Shown here: positions 1-7,015 of the stretch, one piece after another
Position numbering within the stretch: the stretch's first letter is position 1
Layout of the letters: every line of letters begins with the position of its first letter
Virus record (IMG/VR): IMGVR_UViG_3300045988_069534
Length of the DNA: 35,728 bases
Strand: one strand, 5' to 3'
Source: a virus
Position numbers and translations under genes: made by a program
Notes under the pieces: generated by a model
Seen by the model: the letters and a program-made list of their open reading frames with translations, nothing else
What the model was told of the DNA's origin: nothing
Databases searched by the model: none

Positions 1-55
1 TCCTTCGTCAGTCTTCCTGTCAAATCAACTTTGTTCATTCTTCCCTCTTACTTCT
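1..55. repeat. 55-bp exact terminal overlap, identical to 35674..35728 (circular-contig signature)
   Basis: The first 55 nt (tccttcgtcagtc...ctcttacttct) recur exactly as the last 55 nt. The ssb start codon at 35711 reappears at position 38. Confidence 0.9.
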
Positions 56-131
56 TCCGTCCGATCCATGCCATAAGCACCAGTGTTGCACAGATGATGG
101 CTGTCATAATTACCATAGTGTAGTTGATCAT
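48..131 (-). CDS. small hydrophobic peptide (27 aa, single TM)
   Basis: ATG at 131 lies 1 nt after the stop of the upstream gene, with GAAAGGAAG 4-5 nt upstream. Translation is MINYTMVIMTAIICATLVLMAWIGRKK. Too short for the ORF track. Confidence 0.35.
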   Translation of the reverse strand: MINYTMVIMTAIICATLVLMAWIGRKK

Positions 132-132
132 G

Positions 133-357
133 TTACTTCCTTTCTGCTGCCCTTGCAGCGAATAATATTGCAAACGTGACCGGGAATGCTACGCCAGCAA
201 TTATGCTGTATCTTGTCAGCTGCTTTCGTTCTTCCTTTGTCGCGTCCTGCTTCGTCTTCTTTCTGGTAATCAAATACATGTAGTACCCTGTCCCGATTGC
301 TGCTTCCACATACAGGATTGCTGCTGCCGCAATCGCTATCACTGCCGCCGCGTTCAT
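133..357 (-). CDS. small membrane protein (74 aa, two hydrophobic segments)
   Basis: Internal ATG at 357 forms an ATGA overlap with the stop of 354..680, with GAAAGG upstream. The longer 124-aa ORF version would overlap the upstream gene by about 150 nt. Confidence 0.6.
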   Translation of the reverse strand: MNAAAVIAIAAAAILYVEAAIGTGYYMYLITRKKTKQDATKEERKQLTRYSIIAGVAFPVTFAILFAARAAERK

Positions 358-680
358 CCTTCCTGCCTTTCCGTGTACTGGATCAGCTTTTCTGCCATGG
401 CTGCTGTCTGTATCGCTTCTGCTGCCATATCCCGTGCGCTTTCCCTTATTGCTTCCGCAATCTCTCTGATCTGCTTCGGTGACTGATTCATCCGCGTTGC
501 CTGCCACAGTGCATTCAGATTCATTCCCGTTTTCCGCATTTCGTCTTCCGTTTCCTGTGCTTCTTCCAGAATTACTGCATACCCTTCATGCGTACTGTTA
601 AATCCGGGGAACGCCTTATTTGCTGCTGATAATTCGTTTTCAATGGCTTCTGTCACTTCTTGGATCAATCCATGTCTCAT
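354..680 (-). CDS. hypothetical protein (108 aa, helical; HEGYAVILEE motif faintly MazG-like)
   Basis: ATG at 680 with GAGAGGGA about 8 nt upstream. Protein-like composition. Function not recognised with confidence. Confidence 0.75.
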   Translation of the reverse strand: MRHGLIQEVTEAIENELSAANKAFPGFNSTHEGYAVILEEAQETEDEMRKTGMNLNALWQATRMNQSPKQIREIAEAIRESARDMAAEAIQTAAMAEKLIQYTERQEG

Positions 681-810
681 TCTTCTTGTCCCTCTCTTTC
701 ATATAGTCCCGTAATGCTTTTACTGCTGCCACGGCTGCTGTTGTTGCCGTGACCATCACGCCTGCTGCCATAACCGCTACAATGACAATCGCTGCTGTAT
801 GCTGCGTCAT
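640..810 (-). CDS. small membrane protein (56 aa)
   Basis: ATG at 810 forms an ATGA overlap with the stop at 807. Translation is MTQHTAAIVIVAVMAAGVMVTATTAAVAAVKALRDYMKERDKK... The 3' end overlaps the next gene by 41 nt. Below the ORF-track cutoff. Confidence 0.35.
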   Translation of the reverse strand: MTQHTAAIVIVAVMAAGVMVTATTAAVAAVKALRDYMKERDKKNETWIDPRSDRSH

Positions 811-1073
811 TTTCCGTCCCCTTTCTCTGCTCTGTCCTTCCTTGCCTGTGCCTTGTTCACGATCAGACGTATTTTAATTACTTCTGAATCTTCCAGATAT
901 TCGCACACGTTCGCAAGATCTGACGCTACGGCGAAGCGCTGTTCTTCTTCCTGTGTTACCTCGCGCCCCGCGTCTCCGGGCGGCAGCGTTTCTGCTGCCT
1001 GCTCCCCGGTTGTAATTCCTGCCACCTTCTCGCCATTCAGATTGATGTTGACTGTCACTTCAATTCCATTCAC
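807..1073 (-). CDS. hypothetical protein (88 aa from GTG)
   Basis: The ORF-track start at 1166 is TTG inside parB. GTG at 1073 follows the parB stop and GACGAAGGGAG (RBS, 9-nt spacer), so the shorter form is preferred. Confidence 0.55.
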   Translation of the reverse strand: MNGIEVTVNINLNGEKVAGITTGEQAAETLPPGDAGREVTQEEEQRFAVASDLANVCEYLEDSEVIKIRLIVNKAQARKDRAEKGDGK

Positions 1074-1092
1074 CTTGTTTCGTCTCCCTTCG

Positions 1093-2112
1093 TCAAATTG
1101 TAGATCCGCAGTCCAGCGCCCCGTATTCCATTTTGCGTCGCTTGCAATCTTGCAGCATTGCTTCAAGGCAGCGCAGATCGTCTTCGTTCAAGTAGATGTA
1201 GTATTTTTCAAGCATTTTCAGTGCATGCAGACGCCGTGCATTCTCTTTTTCTTCTTCTGTTGTGTCGGTATCCGACGCCGACGGCTGCATCTGTGCCAGT
1301 GTGGCTTTTGTGTGTTCCTCTTCTGCCTTTTCTTCCTGCTCTCCGGTTGCTTCTTCCGGCTCTGTGTCTTCTTCCGGCTCTGCTGCCGCTGCCTTCTTCC
1401 GTTCGATCATTTCCTTGATCTCGGTTCCCTTTATGTCTTCGCCTGCTGCCGCACGCTCTGCAATGTCGTTCTGTTCCTCTTCTGACAGACTGCTTGCAGC
1501 TGCTGCCGCCGTCACTCCGATTGTTCCGGCTTCAAATTGTTCTTTCAGTGCATCTGTTCCGTTGTTGTTGATCCTGTTCCAGTCTCCCACGACTGCTGCC
1601 GACGTCTTCATGATCTTTGCTATGTAGTCCCGGACGCGGACGCCTTTTCCCGGCAGGAAAGATCCTTCTTCCTTCGCCTGCGTCAAAACTTCTTTCCACT
1701 CTTCCGCTTCAATCATCTTGTCATAATCGGTGTAGTGCCTGTTGAATGTGTTCCCGATCAGCATGTACAGTCTGAATTCTGTTTCCGTCATGTCCTTGTA
1801 TTTGCAAGGTACTTCCCGGTATTCTTCTTTCCCGTCCTTCACAAGCAGATCTACTGCTGCGTATCTTCTGTGACCGCCAGCAAGTTTGTATTCTCCGTTG
1901 ACGCGTCCCAAGATCAACGGATCCAGCAGCCCGCCCGCCATTTCAATTCCTGCTGCCAGATCTTCAATGTCGTTCATGCTGTACTTGTTTTTCCCTGTGA
2001 TCACAATTTTTCCGTAGTCCAGCTTGATTTCCTCAAAATCTTCTGTGACTGCGTTTTCGGTCTGTGCGGTTGTCTGTTTGTTCAGTATCTTTGTGATGTC
2101 AAAGCCTGCCAT
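1093..2112 (-). CDS. parB: ParB/Spo0J-like partition or ParB-nuclease-domain protein
   Basis: ParB N-terminal domain motif (LILGRVNGEYKLAGGHRRYAA). ATG at 2112 is preceded by GGGAAAGGAA and lies 17 nt after the parA stop. The upstream 69 codons of the ORF overlap parA. Confidence 0.85.
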   Translation of the reverse strand: MAGFDITKILNKQTTAQTENAVTEDFEEIKLDYGKIVITGKNKYSMNDIEDLAAGIEMAGGLLDPLILGRVNGEYKLAGGHRRYAAVDLLVKDGKEEYREVPCKYKDMTETEFRLYMLIGNTFNRHYTDYDKMIEAEEWKEVLTQAKEEGSFLPGKGVRVRDYIAKIMKTSAAVVGDWNRINNNGTDALKEQFEAGTIGVTAAAAASSLSEEEQNDIAERAAAGEDIKGTEIKEMIERKKAAAAEPEEDTEPEEATGEQEEKAEEEHTKATLAQMQPSASDTDTTEEEKENARRLHALKMLEKYYIYLNEDDLRCLEAMLQDCKRRKMEYGALDCGSTI

Positions 2113-2128
2113 TTCCTTTCCCTGCCTT

Positions 2129-2884
2129 TCACGCTTTCTTTGTGCCTGTGTACTCTTCCATGAATTTTCTGTAATCTGTCGCCGCTGCGGATCTTGGCGA
2201 ATATGTTTCAAGCGGCTGTTTGTAATATGTTGCTGACACTGCCTTGTCGCTGTGTCTGATCCTTCTGCTGAATACGTTGTATTTGCAGTTCTTCCGCAGC
2301 CATTCTTCCGCAGCTTCATTTTCGATTGACTTTTTGTAGTCCGTCAGCAAGATTCCTGCTATTTTCAAATTACTGTTCAGCGCTTTCAGCGTTTCGATCT
2401 GCTCCGTTATCACTTCCACGCCGTCAATCGACCAGTTATCAAGCCGCACTGGGATAATTACTTCATCCGCAGCGCACAGCGCGTTGATTGTACACATCAG
2501 AATTGCTGGCGGGTTGTCAATGATGCAGTAGTCATATATTGACGCCGCCTTTTCCATGTACTCTGCAAAACGGTTGTCTTGCCTGTCTTCGCTGGTTCGC
2601 AGTTCGTTGTCTGCTTCTAGCAGCGTCATATTTGCATTGATCAGATCCACGCCTGCTGCCACGTCAGCAAATATCCCCGGTCTTTCTCTGTCAAGTATCT
2701 TTGCTGCTCCGCATTTTTCATCTTTTCTGTAACAGTCAAAGAACTGGCTTGCGTTTCCCTGTGGATCATTGTCTATCAGTAATACATTTTTCTTGTACTT
2801 CGTCCCCAGTAGCGTTGCCATGTTCGCTGCCGTCGTTGTCTTCGCTACTCCACCTTTTAAGTTGATCACCGCTATTGTTTTCAT
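2129..2884 (-). CDS. parA: ParA/Soj-family partition ATPase
   Basis: Deviant Walker A at the N-terminus (MKTIAVINLKGGVAKTTTAANMA) and LLIDNDPQGN. RBS GAAGGAAAG upstream. Confidence 0.92.
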   Translation of the reverse strand: MKTIAVINLKGGVAKTTTAANMATLLGTKYKKNVLLIDNDPQGNASQFFDCYRKDEKCGAAKILDRERPGIFADVAAGVDLINANMTLLEADNELRTSEDRQDNRFAEYMEKAASIYDYCIIDNPPAILMCTINALCAADEVIIPVRLDNWSIDGVEVITEQIETLKALNSNLKIAGILLTDYKKSIENEAAEEWLRKNCKYNVFSRRIRHSDKAVSATYYKQPLETYSPRSAAATDYRKFMEEYTGTKKA

Positions 2885-3065
2885 GGTCTTTCCTTCTTTC
2901 CTTCGCCTTTTTGTTTTGATATGCTGCTTTTTGGCTCGTTCCGTTCATGTCAGCCCATTCACATGTCTTCGCCTGCTTCTTGTCGCCGTATTTCTTCCCG
3001 CAGACTTCGCACATGTACGGAAAACGCCGTCTTTTTGAATTCCAGTCAATTATTGCTTTCGGCAT
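2766..3065 (-). CDS. small zinc-ribbon-like basic protein (99 aa)
   Basis: ATG at 3065 with GAAGGTGG upstream. Contains CEVCGKKYGDKKQAKTCEW. The 3' 119 nt (2766..2884) overlap parA out of frame. Confidence 0.5.
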   Translation of the reverse strand: MPKAIIDWNSKRRRFPYMCEVCGKKYGDKKQAKTCEWADMNGTSQKAAYQNKKAKERRKDHENNSGDQLKRWSSEDNDGSEHGNATGDEVQEKCITDRQ

Positions 3066-3075
3066 CCTGCCACCT

Positions 3076-3687
3076 TCAATCGTATTCCGCAAAGGCGACA
3101 TTTTGTAGGACACATGCACAGCAGTCTTCGTGTGTCTCCGCTTTTGGACTGTCTATGCAGCACTTCGGTACAAAATCGCTACCGAATACGCAGGGTCCTT
3201 TCGCTGCTGCCATGCACAGCGCTGATCTTATGTTTTCCGTGTCCTCGCTGCTGCAATATATTTCAATGCGCTTCTGTGGCTTGCAGTTTTCATTCATTGG
3301 ATCTGTCAGAATTGTTCTGCTGCCCTGCAAGTACGCTTCCAGTTCTGCTGTTGCTTCTGTGCCGCCATAGCATACCGTCACTTTGTAGCCGTATTCCTTT
3401 AGGTTCTTGATCCATTCTTTCTGCGCTGCCGTCGGTTTATTGTTGCTGTACTTCATTTCGATATACAGCCCTGCATACCCGTTCATGGGTACTGGCAGAC
3501 ACAGATCCGGGACGCCTGCTTTCACTCCCATTGCCTTGAAGCGTGCCGCTTCTGCCGGGTTTCTCTTTCCACCGTTCGGCACATGATAAAGCATTTTCAA
3601 TTCTGGGAACCTCTGCAAATTCCAGTTCGCCCAGTCAATAACGCCCATCTGCTCCGTGTCTTCTCCGCGTTTCAGATTTCCGTACAT
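3076..3687 (-). CDS. VRR-NUC domain nuclease with Cys-rich C-terminal extension
   Basis: PD-(D/E)xK pattern of VRR-NUC proteins (GVPDLCLPV ... GLYIEMKYSNNKPTAAQKEWI). RBS AGGAAGGAG upstream of ATG 3687. Confidence 0.85.
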   Translation of the reverse strand: MYGNLKRGEDTEQMGVIDWANWNLQRFPELKMLYHVPNGGKRNPAEAARFKAMGVKAGVPDLCLPVPMNGYAGLYIEMKYSNNKPTAAQKEWIKNLKEYGYKVTVCYGGTEATAELEAYLQGSRTILTDPMNENCKPQKRIEIYCSSEDTENIRSALCMAAAKGPCVFGSDFVPKCCIDSPKAETHEDCCACVLQNVAFAEYD

Positions 3688-3708
3688 TCTTTTTGCTCCT
3701 TCCTGCTT

Positions 3709-4065
3709 TTATGCTCCGTACATCAAGCCTTTGTCGCGCATTTTCTTTGCAATTTGCCGCGATAACGCCTGCTGTATGCTCTCGCTGTCCACGAATGCAG
3801 TTTTGATTGCTACTTCCAGCTGTTCCGGTGTTGCCAGCGCGGCTGCTCCCAGTGCTGCGTCTGCTGCTCCCATTTTTAGCGGCAGCGCTGATTCTGCGTA
3901 CATTGTGAAAAGTTCCACGCTGTACCAGCATTTCTGCTGTTTGTCGTTCTTCAAGTATACTTCCGACGCTTCAAACCCTTTCTTGCATCTAACGTCTTCA
4001 ACGTCATACTTCTTCCCGACTGTCAGATTGTCTTCTGGTCTTCCTGCTTTGTACTTTGCTTTCAT
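3709..4065 (-). CDS. hypothetical protein (118 aa)
   Basis: ATG 4065 forms an ATGA overlap with the upstream stop. RBS GAAGGTGAAAAAGGA. Confidence 0.7.
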   Translation of the reverse strand: MKAKYKAGRPEDNLTVGKKYDVEDVRCKKGFEASEVYLKNDKQQKCWYSVELFTMYAESALPLKMGAADAALGAAALATPEQLEVAIKTAFVDSESIQQALSRQIAKKMRDKGLMYGA

Positions 4066-4250
4066 TGTCCTTTTTCACCTTCTTTCATGCTTTCGATCAG
4101 CTGTTCAAGATCTTGTATGTTCCCATGTGTGCCGCATCCTTCGCACCTGTCCGCTGGTGCGTTTCTGTCCGGGCAGCTTTCGCAAGTTTCTTCTTCCTGT
4201 TCCAGCTGCTCCAGTAGTTCTTCAAAGTCTTTCTGCTGTGGTTCTGTCAT
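4062..4250 (-). CDS. small acidic Cys-rich protein (62 aa; CESC...CEGC)
   Basis: Internal ATG at 4250 with AAAGGAGAAA 7 nt upstream and an ATGA overlap with the stop of 4247..4387. The longer ORF-track form lacks an RBS. Confidence 0.6.
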   Translation of the reverse strand: MTEPQQKDFEELLEQLEQEEETCESCPDRNAPADRCEGCGTHGNIQDLEQLIESMKEGEKGQ

Positions 4251-4387
4251 TGTGTTTTTCTCCTTTTCTTGTTTTTCCGCTTCTTTTTTCCGTCGTTGTT
4301 GTTTCTTTGGCTTAAAATGCAGCCTGCACATATTGATAAACCTGTGAACACTGCGGCTTCTATTGCAATTATTCCGCATGCAGCCAT
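4247..4387 (-). CDS. small membrane protein with poly-basic tail (46 aa)
   Basis: Translation MAACGIIAIEAAVFTGLSICAGCILSQRNNNDGKKKRKNKKRRKTQ. GAAGGAA lies 11 nt upstream. Its stop is coupled (ATGA) to the next gene. The longer 88-aa form overlaps 4404..4598 and has no RBS. Confidence 0.4.
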   Translation of the reverse strand: MAACGIIAIEAAVFTGLSICAGCILSQRNNNDGKKKRKNKKRRKTQ

Positions 4388-4403
4388 AATTGCCGTTATT
4401 CCT

Positions 4404-4598
4404 TCAAGTTGCACTTTTGAATGCCCCCTGTATTTCCATGATCTGAATTGACAAGTTGTGGATTGTGTCGCGCACGCTGCAATTTTCACAATGTTCTTTT
4501 GATCTGAATACATGATAAGGACAACGCTTGCATTCAGTTTCTTTCTGTCGCATTCCAGCTTTTAGCTGTTTCAGTTTTCCTTCTTCCTTTTCCGTCAT
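4404..4598 (-). CDS. small Cys-rich protein (64 aa; CKRC...CENC zinc-ribbon-like)
   Basis: ATG 4598 forms an ATGA overlap with the upstream stop. RBS AAAGGGAAG. Confidence 0.6.
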   Translation of the reverse strand: MTEKEEGKLKQLKAGMRQKETECKRCPYHVFRSKEHCENCSVRDTIHNLSIQIMEIQGAFKSAT

Positions 4599-4975
4599 TG
4601 GTTTTCTTCCCTTTCTGTGCTTTCTAATTCCTCGATCATTCTGTTTGTTTTACACAATTCACAGCGTTTCATGCAAAGTGGGTATTTTTCGCACTCTCGC
4701 TTCAAGACTTCTAAAAGCATCTTGTCATTTGCTTCTTGTATTCCTGTTTTTGTTGGAATACTCGACAATCCCAGCAGATAGTCGCATGTGCATTGCAAAG
4801 CTTTTGAAAGTATAGGGTAATCGGTCGCAAACGGTGTCCTGCTTCCGTTTACCCACCTGCTGATCGTCGTTTCTGTTTTTCCTGTCTTTTCCGCAAGTTC
4901 TCTTTGCGTCATATGTAATGTTGCAAACCGTTGTTGTATTCGCTCGGCTGTGATATTTTTGTTTTGTTTATTCAT
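4595..4975 (-). CDS. XRE-family HTH DNA-binding protein with C-terminal Cys cluster
   Basis: HTH_3-like segment (LHMTQRELAEKTGKTETTISRWVNGSRTP). RBS AAAGGAAG upstream of ATG 4975. Confidence 0.85.
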   Translation of the reverse strand: MNKQNKNITAERIQQRFATLHMTQRELAEKTGKTETTISRWVNGSRTPFATDYPILSKALQCTCDYLLGLSSIPTKTGIQEANDKMLLEVLKRECEKYPLCMKRCELCKTNRMIEELESTEREENQ

Positions 4976-5525
4976 TTATGCTTCCTTTAGTGGTTTTCTG
5001 TATTCTCTTAATTCTTCCAGAATCAGATCGCGTGGTAATATGTCTCGGCAGAAGTACGCCGTTGCAAAGCTGCTGCCTTTCTTGTATTCTTCCATGCTCT
5101 CTGCGTTATGGAACCCGATCCGCTTGTCGAATGTCAGAATCTGGATCCCGTTTTTGAAATACCTGTATCTACCAACGCCCTGCAAGCTATTAAGCGGCAG
5201 CAATACCGCAAACGGCTTTTCCAGTTCGTACAGCCTTTCGATCACTCTGTCTTTCTGCGTGTATGGCGGGTTGCTCACAATCACGTCGAAGTCTTCCGGC
5301 TGATATGTGAAGAAGTCCTGCCCGTCGTCTATGCTGCTACGCTCGACTTGCCACCCCCCGCTTGAATGTCTGGAAGTACGCTGACCATTCACAATCGAAC
5401 GGACACCAGATTTTTTTCGTTTTCGGTATGTATTTTGTGATCGGATCGACCGCATAGAACGGCGTGTACTGTTCGTTTCCCTCTTCCGTCCTTGCCGCTT
5501 TCAAATATCCTGTATTCAGTCCCAT
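4976..5525 (-). pseudogene. N6-adenine DNA methyltransferase (SNPPY motif), reading frame broken at a G6 tract
   Basis: The N-terminal frame (5337..5525, ...YTPFYAVDPITKYIPKTKKIWCPFD...) stops 6 codons after the G6 run. The second frame continues GGWQVERSSIDDGQDFF...DVIVSNPPYTQKD to 4976. Removing one G gives one continuous ORF. Confidence 0.8.
5354..5359 (-). repeat. G6 (plus-strand C6) homopolymer at the methyltransferase frame break
   Basis: Plus strand reads ccaCCCCCCgc. Frame A reads TTC AAG CGG GGG GTG; frame B reads GGG GGG TGG CAA GTC. Confidence 0.9.
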
Positions 5526-5527
5526 GT

Positions 5528-6352
5528 TTATTTCCTTCCTGCTGCCTTTTGCAGCTTTTCTGTGATTTCTACTTCCCCAGTCTCCAGATTCAGCAAATAA
5601 CTTTCTGATTCATCCTGCTTCCGGTATCTTCCGTCATAGATTAGCGTGTATGTGAAGTACATAAAGCCTGTTACTTCGTGCCATGCTTCCCGTATGCTGT
5701 CTTTGTCCAGATACCAGCCCGAAGGAACCTTGACAATGTGGTTAAATGCGTTTCTGGAAGAAACTGTCTTTTTCTGTGGCTCCGGGATCACAAGATTCTT
5801 GCTGCTGTTGTATCTTCTGCCCGTGAACCCTTCACATGTTTTCATGGTTTTTTCAGAGTATTTCACAAAGTATTCTGCAAGTCGCCTGTATTGCCCGTTG
5901 TCGTCCATGGGCTTTATTGTGATCCAGCCCTTGTCCCAGCACTTTTTCAATAGCTGTGTGTCTATGGCGTTCAGCGTCATGTGGATATGTACTGCCCCGC
6001 GTTCCCCTACTTCTGGAACCCAGACGATCTTTGCTTCCTTCCCAGCTTTCTTGTATATCCGGCGAATGTTCCGCAGCAGCTTGTCAACGTCTGTCCGCAG
6101 TGCTTCTTTTGTGGCTGGTCGGTTCTCCTTCATGTATTCCCATGTGATGTACAGTGATGTTCCGTCGTAGTTCGCATTGAGGATCCACGTCAGCTTCTTC
6201 ACTGCCTGTCTGCTGTTTACCTTCTTCTGTGCTTCACAGGTCTTGTTTTCCTTCTGTCTTCTGCTCCCTTCCTTTGTGTCGGTTCTGACTGCATAATAAA
6301 ACGTGTGCTGCTTTGTCTTTCCTGCTCTGCATATTTCATGTTTGTACGGCAT
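5528..6352 (-). CDS. HUH-type rolling-circle replication initiator (Rep_1 / phiX174 gpA-like motifs)
   Basis: Motif order is SLYITWEY (motif 1-like), AVHIHMTL (HUH), then AEYFVKYSEK (YxxKY tyrosine motif). ATG 6352 is preceded by AGGGGGGA. The ORF-track TTG start at 6394 is less likely. Confidence 0.6.
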   Translation of the reverse strand: MPYKHEICRAGKTKQHTFYYAVRTDTKEGSRRQKENKTCEAQKKVNSRQAVKKLTWILNANYDGTSLYITWEYMKENRPATKEALRTDVDKLLRNIRRIYKKAGKEAKIVWVPEVGERGAVHIHMTLNAIDTQLLKKCWDKGWITIKPMDDNGQYRRLAEYFVKYSEKTMKTCEGFTGRRYNSSKNLVIPEPQKKTVSSRNAFNHIVKVPSGWYLDKDSIREAWHEVTGFMYFTYTLIYDGRYRKQDESESYLLNLETGEVEITEKLQKAAGRK

Positions 6353-6396
6353 TACTGATCCCCCTGTTTGTCGTTGGAATAATAAACTTATCAAGT

Positions 6397-6420
6397 GTGA
6401 AAAGCGGCTGTAATGCCGCT
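6397..6420 (-). terminator. stem-loop plus short U-run just upstream of the rep RBS (possible attenuator)
   Basis: AGCGGC (6403..6408), 6-nt loop, GCCGCT (6415..6420). On the minus strand it is followed by TTTTCAC. Lies about 50 nt upstream of ATG 6352. Confidence 0.4.
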
Positions 6421-6426
6421 ATTTTC

Positions 6427-6455
6427 TTGACTTTTTCGCCGTACAATGCTATACT
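6427..6455 (+). promoter_or_regulatory. near-consensus sigma70-type promoter on the plus strand (antisense to the rep leader)
   Basis: TTGACT (6427..6432), 17-bp spacer, TGc-TATACT (6447..6455). Confidence 0.55.
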
Positions 6456-6461
6456 TTTATT

Positions 6462-6534
6462 AACGTTTTATTTTTATATTGTTTGTACGGTTCGCCGCTC
6501 GGAATTGCAGTTCCGGGCGGCGTTCTTCTTTTCC
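6462..6534 (+). ncRNA. predicted ~70-nt antisense small RNA (countertranscript candidate)
   Basis: Starts about 7 nt after the -10 element. Ends in a 12-bp hairpin, CGCCGCUCGGAA (6493..6504) / UUCCGGGCGGCG (6511..6522). The hairpin is perfect only in the plus-sense RNA (one G-U pair) and is followed by UUCUUCUUUUCC. No protein-like ORF. Confidence 0.4.
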
Positions 6535-6602
6535 AATCTTCATTTTGTGTCGGTTGTGGATCGTGTCTGCTGTGATATGCCGTCAGATTCCGGCTGTATG
6601 GT

Positions 6603-6998
6603 TTACTGTGTGAACTCGTCTGTGTTGGACGTCTCGCGAACTATCTTGATCTTATCCTTTGCCATCTGCATGATTCTTGCGCGCAGGCTCGTTTTGATAG
6701 TAATAATGATCTGCTTTGCTTTTTTGTCGCATACTTGGTCAATTCCTGCCAGAATGTATGCCAGCGTATCATCCGGCTGTGCATACTCTCCAGCGTCTTT
6801 TCCGAACAGTTCTTCTGCTCTCTGTTTTGCCACGGTTCTTCTGTTCGCCGTTTCTTGGTATGCCATAGCCTTTTCGCATGTGCATTGCATTGTTGCCGCT
6901 TCTTCCAGCTGCGGCGCTGTCATGTCTGCGCCACCTTCTATGATCGAACTCTGACCACAGAAGCGGCAGTTTCCCGTCTTGCTTTCTCCTTTTGCCAT
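6603..6998 (-). CDS. hypothetical protein (131 aa, N-terminal CRFC / CTC cysteines)
   Basis: ATG 6998 with GAGGAAGGAGA upstream. The longer ORF-track form overlaps the upstream gene. Confidence 0.7.
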   Translation of the reverse strand: MAKGESKTGNCRFCGQSSIIEGGADMTAPQLEEAATMQCTCEKAMAYQETANRRTVAKQRAEELFGKDAGEYAQPDDTLAYILAGIDQVCDKKAKQIIITIKTSLRARIMQMAKDKIKIVRETSNTDEFTQ

Positions 6999-7015
6999 GT
7001 TTCTTGTCTCCTTCC

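Noticed and set aside
1-55. Terminal 55-bp repeat as a biological DTR, att site or LTR
   Set aside because: The repeat is exact, its length is typical of an assembler k-mer overlap, and it cuts through the ssb coding sequence. It is most simply a circularisation artefact.
799-1485. 228-aa plus-strand ORF, and other plus-strand ORFs in 0.3-12.4 kb
   Set aside because: These are shadow ORFs opposite minus-strand genes that have RBSs and recognisable domains (ParB and others). Their Cys/Phe/Leu/Ser-rich composition is typical of antisense frames.
5337-5525. Treating 5337..5525 and 4976..5455 as two independent genes
   Set aside because: The pieces correspond to the N- and C-terminal parts of one methyltransferase family. 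They meet at a G6 tract, and the second ORF's own N-terminal 40 codons are Arg/Ser-rich read-through with no RBS.
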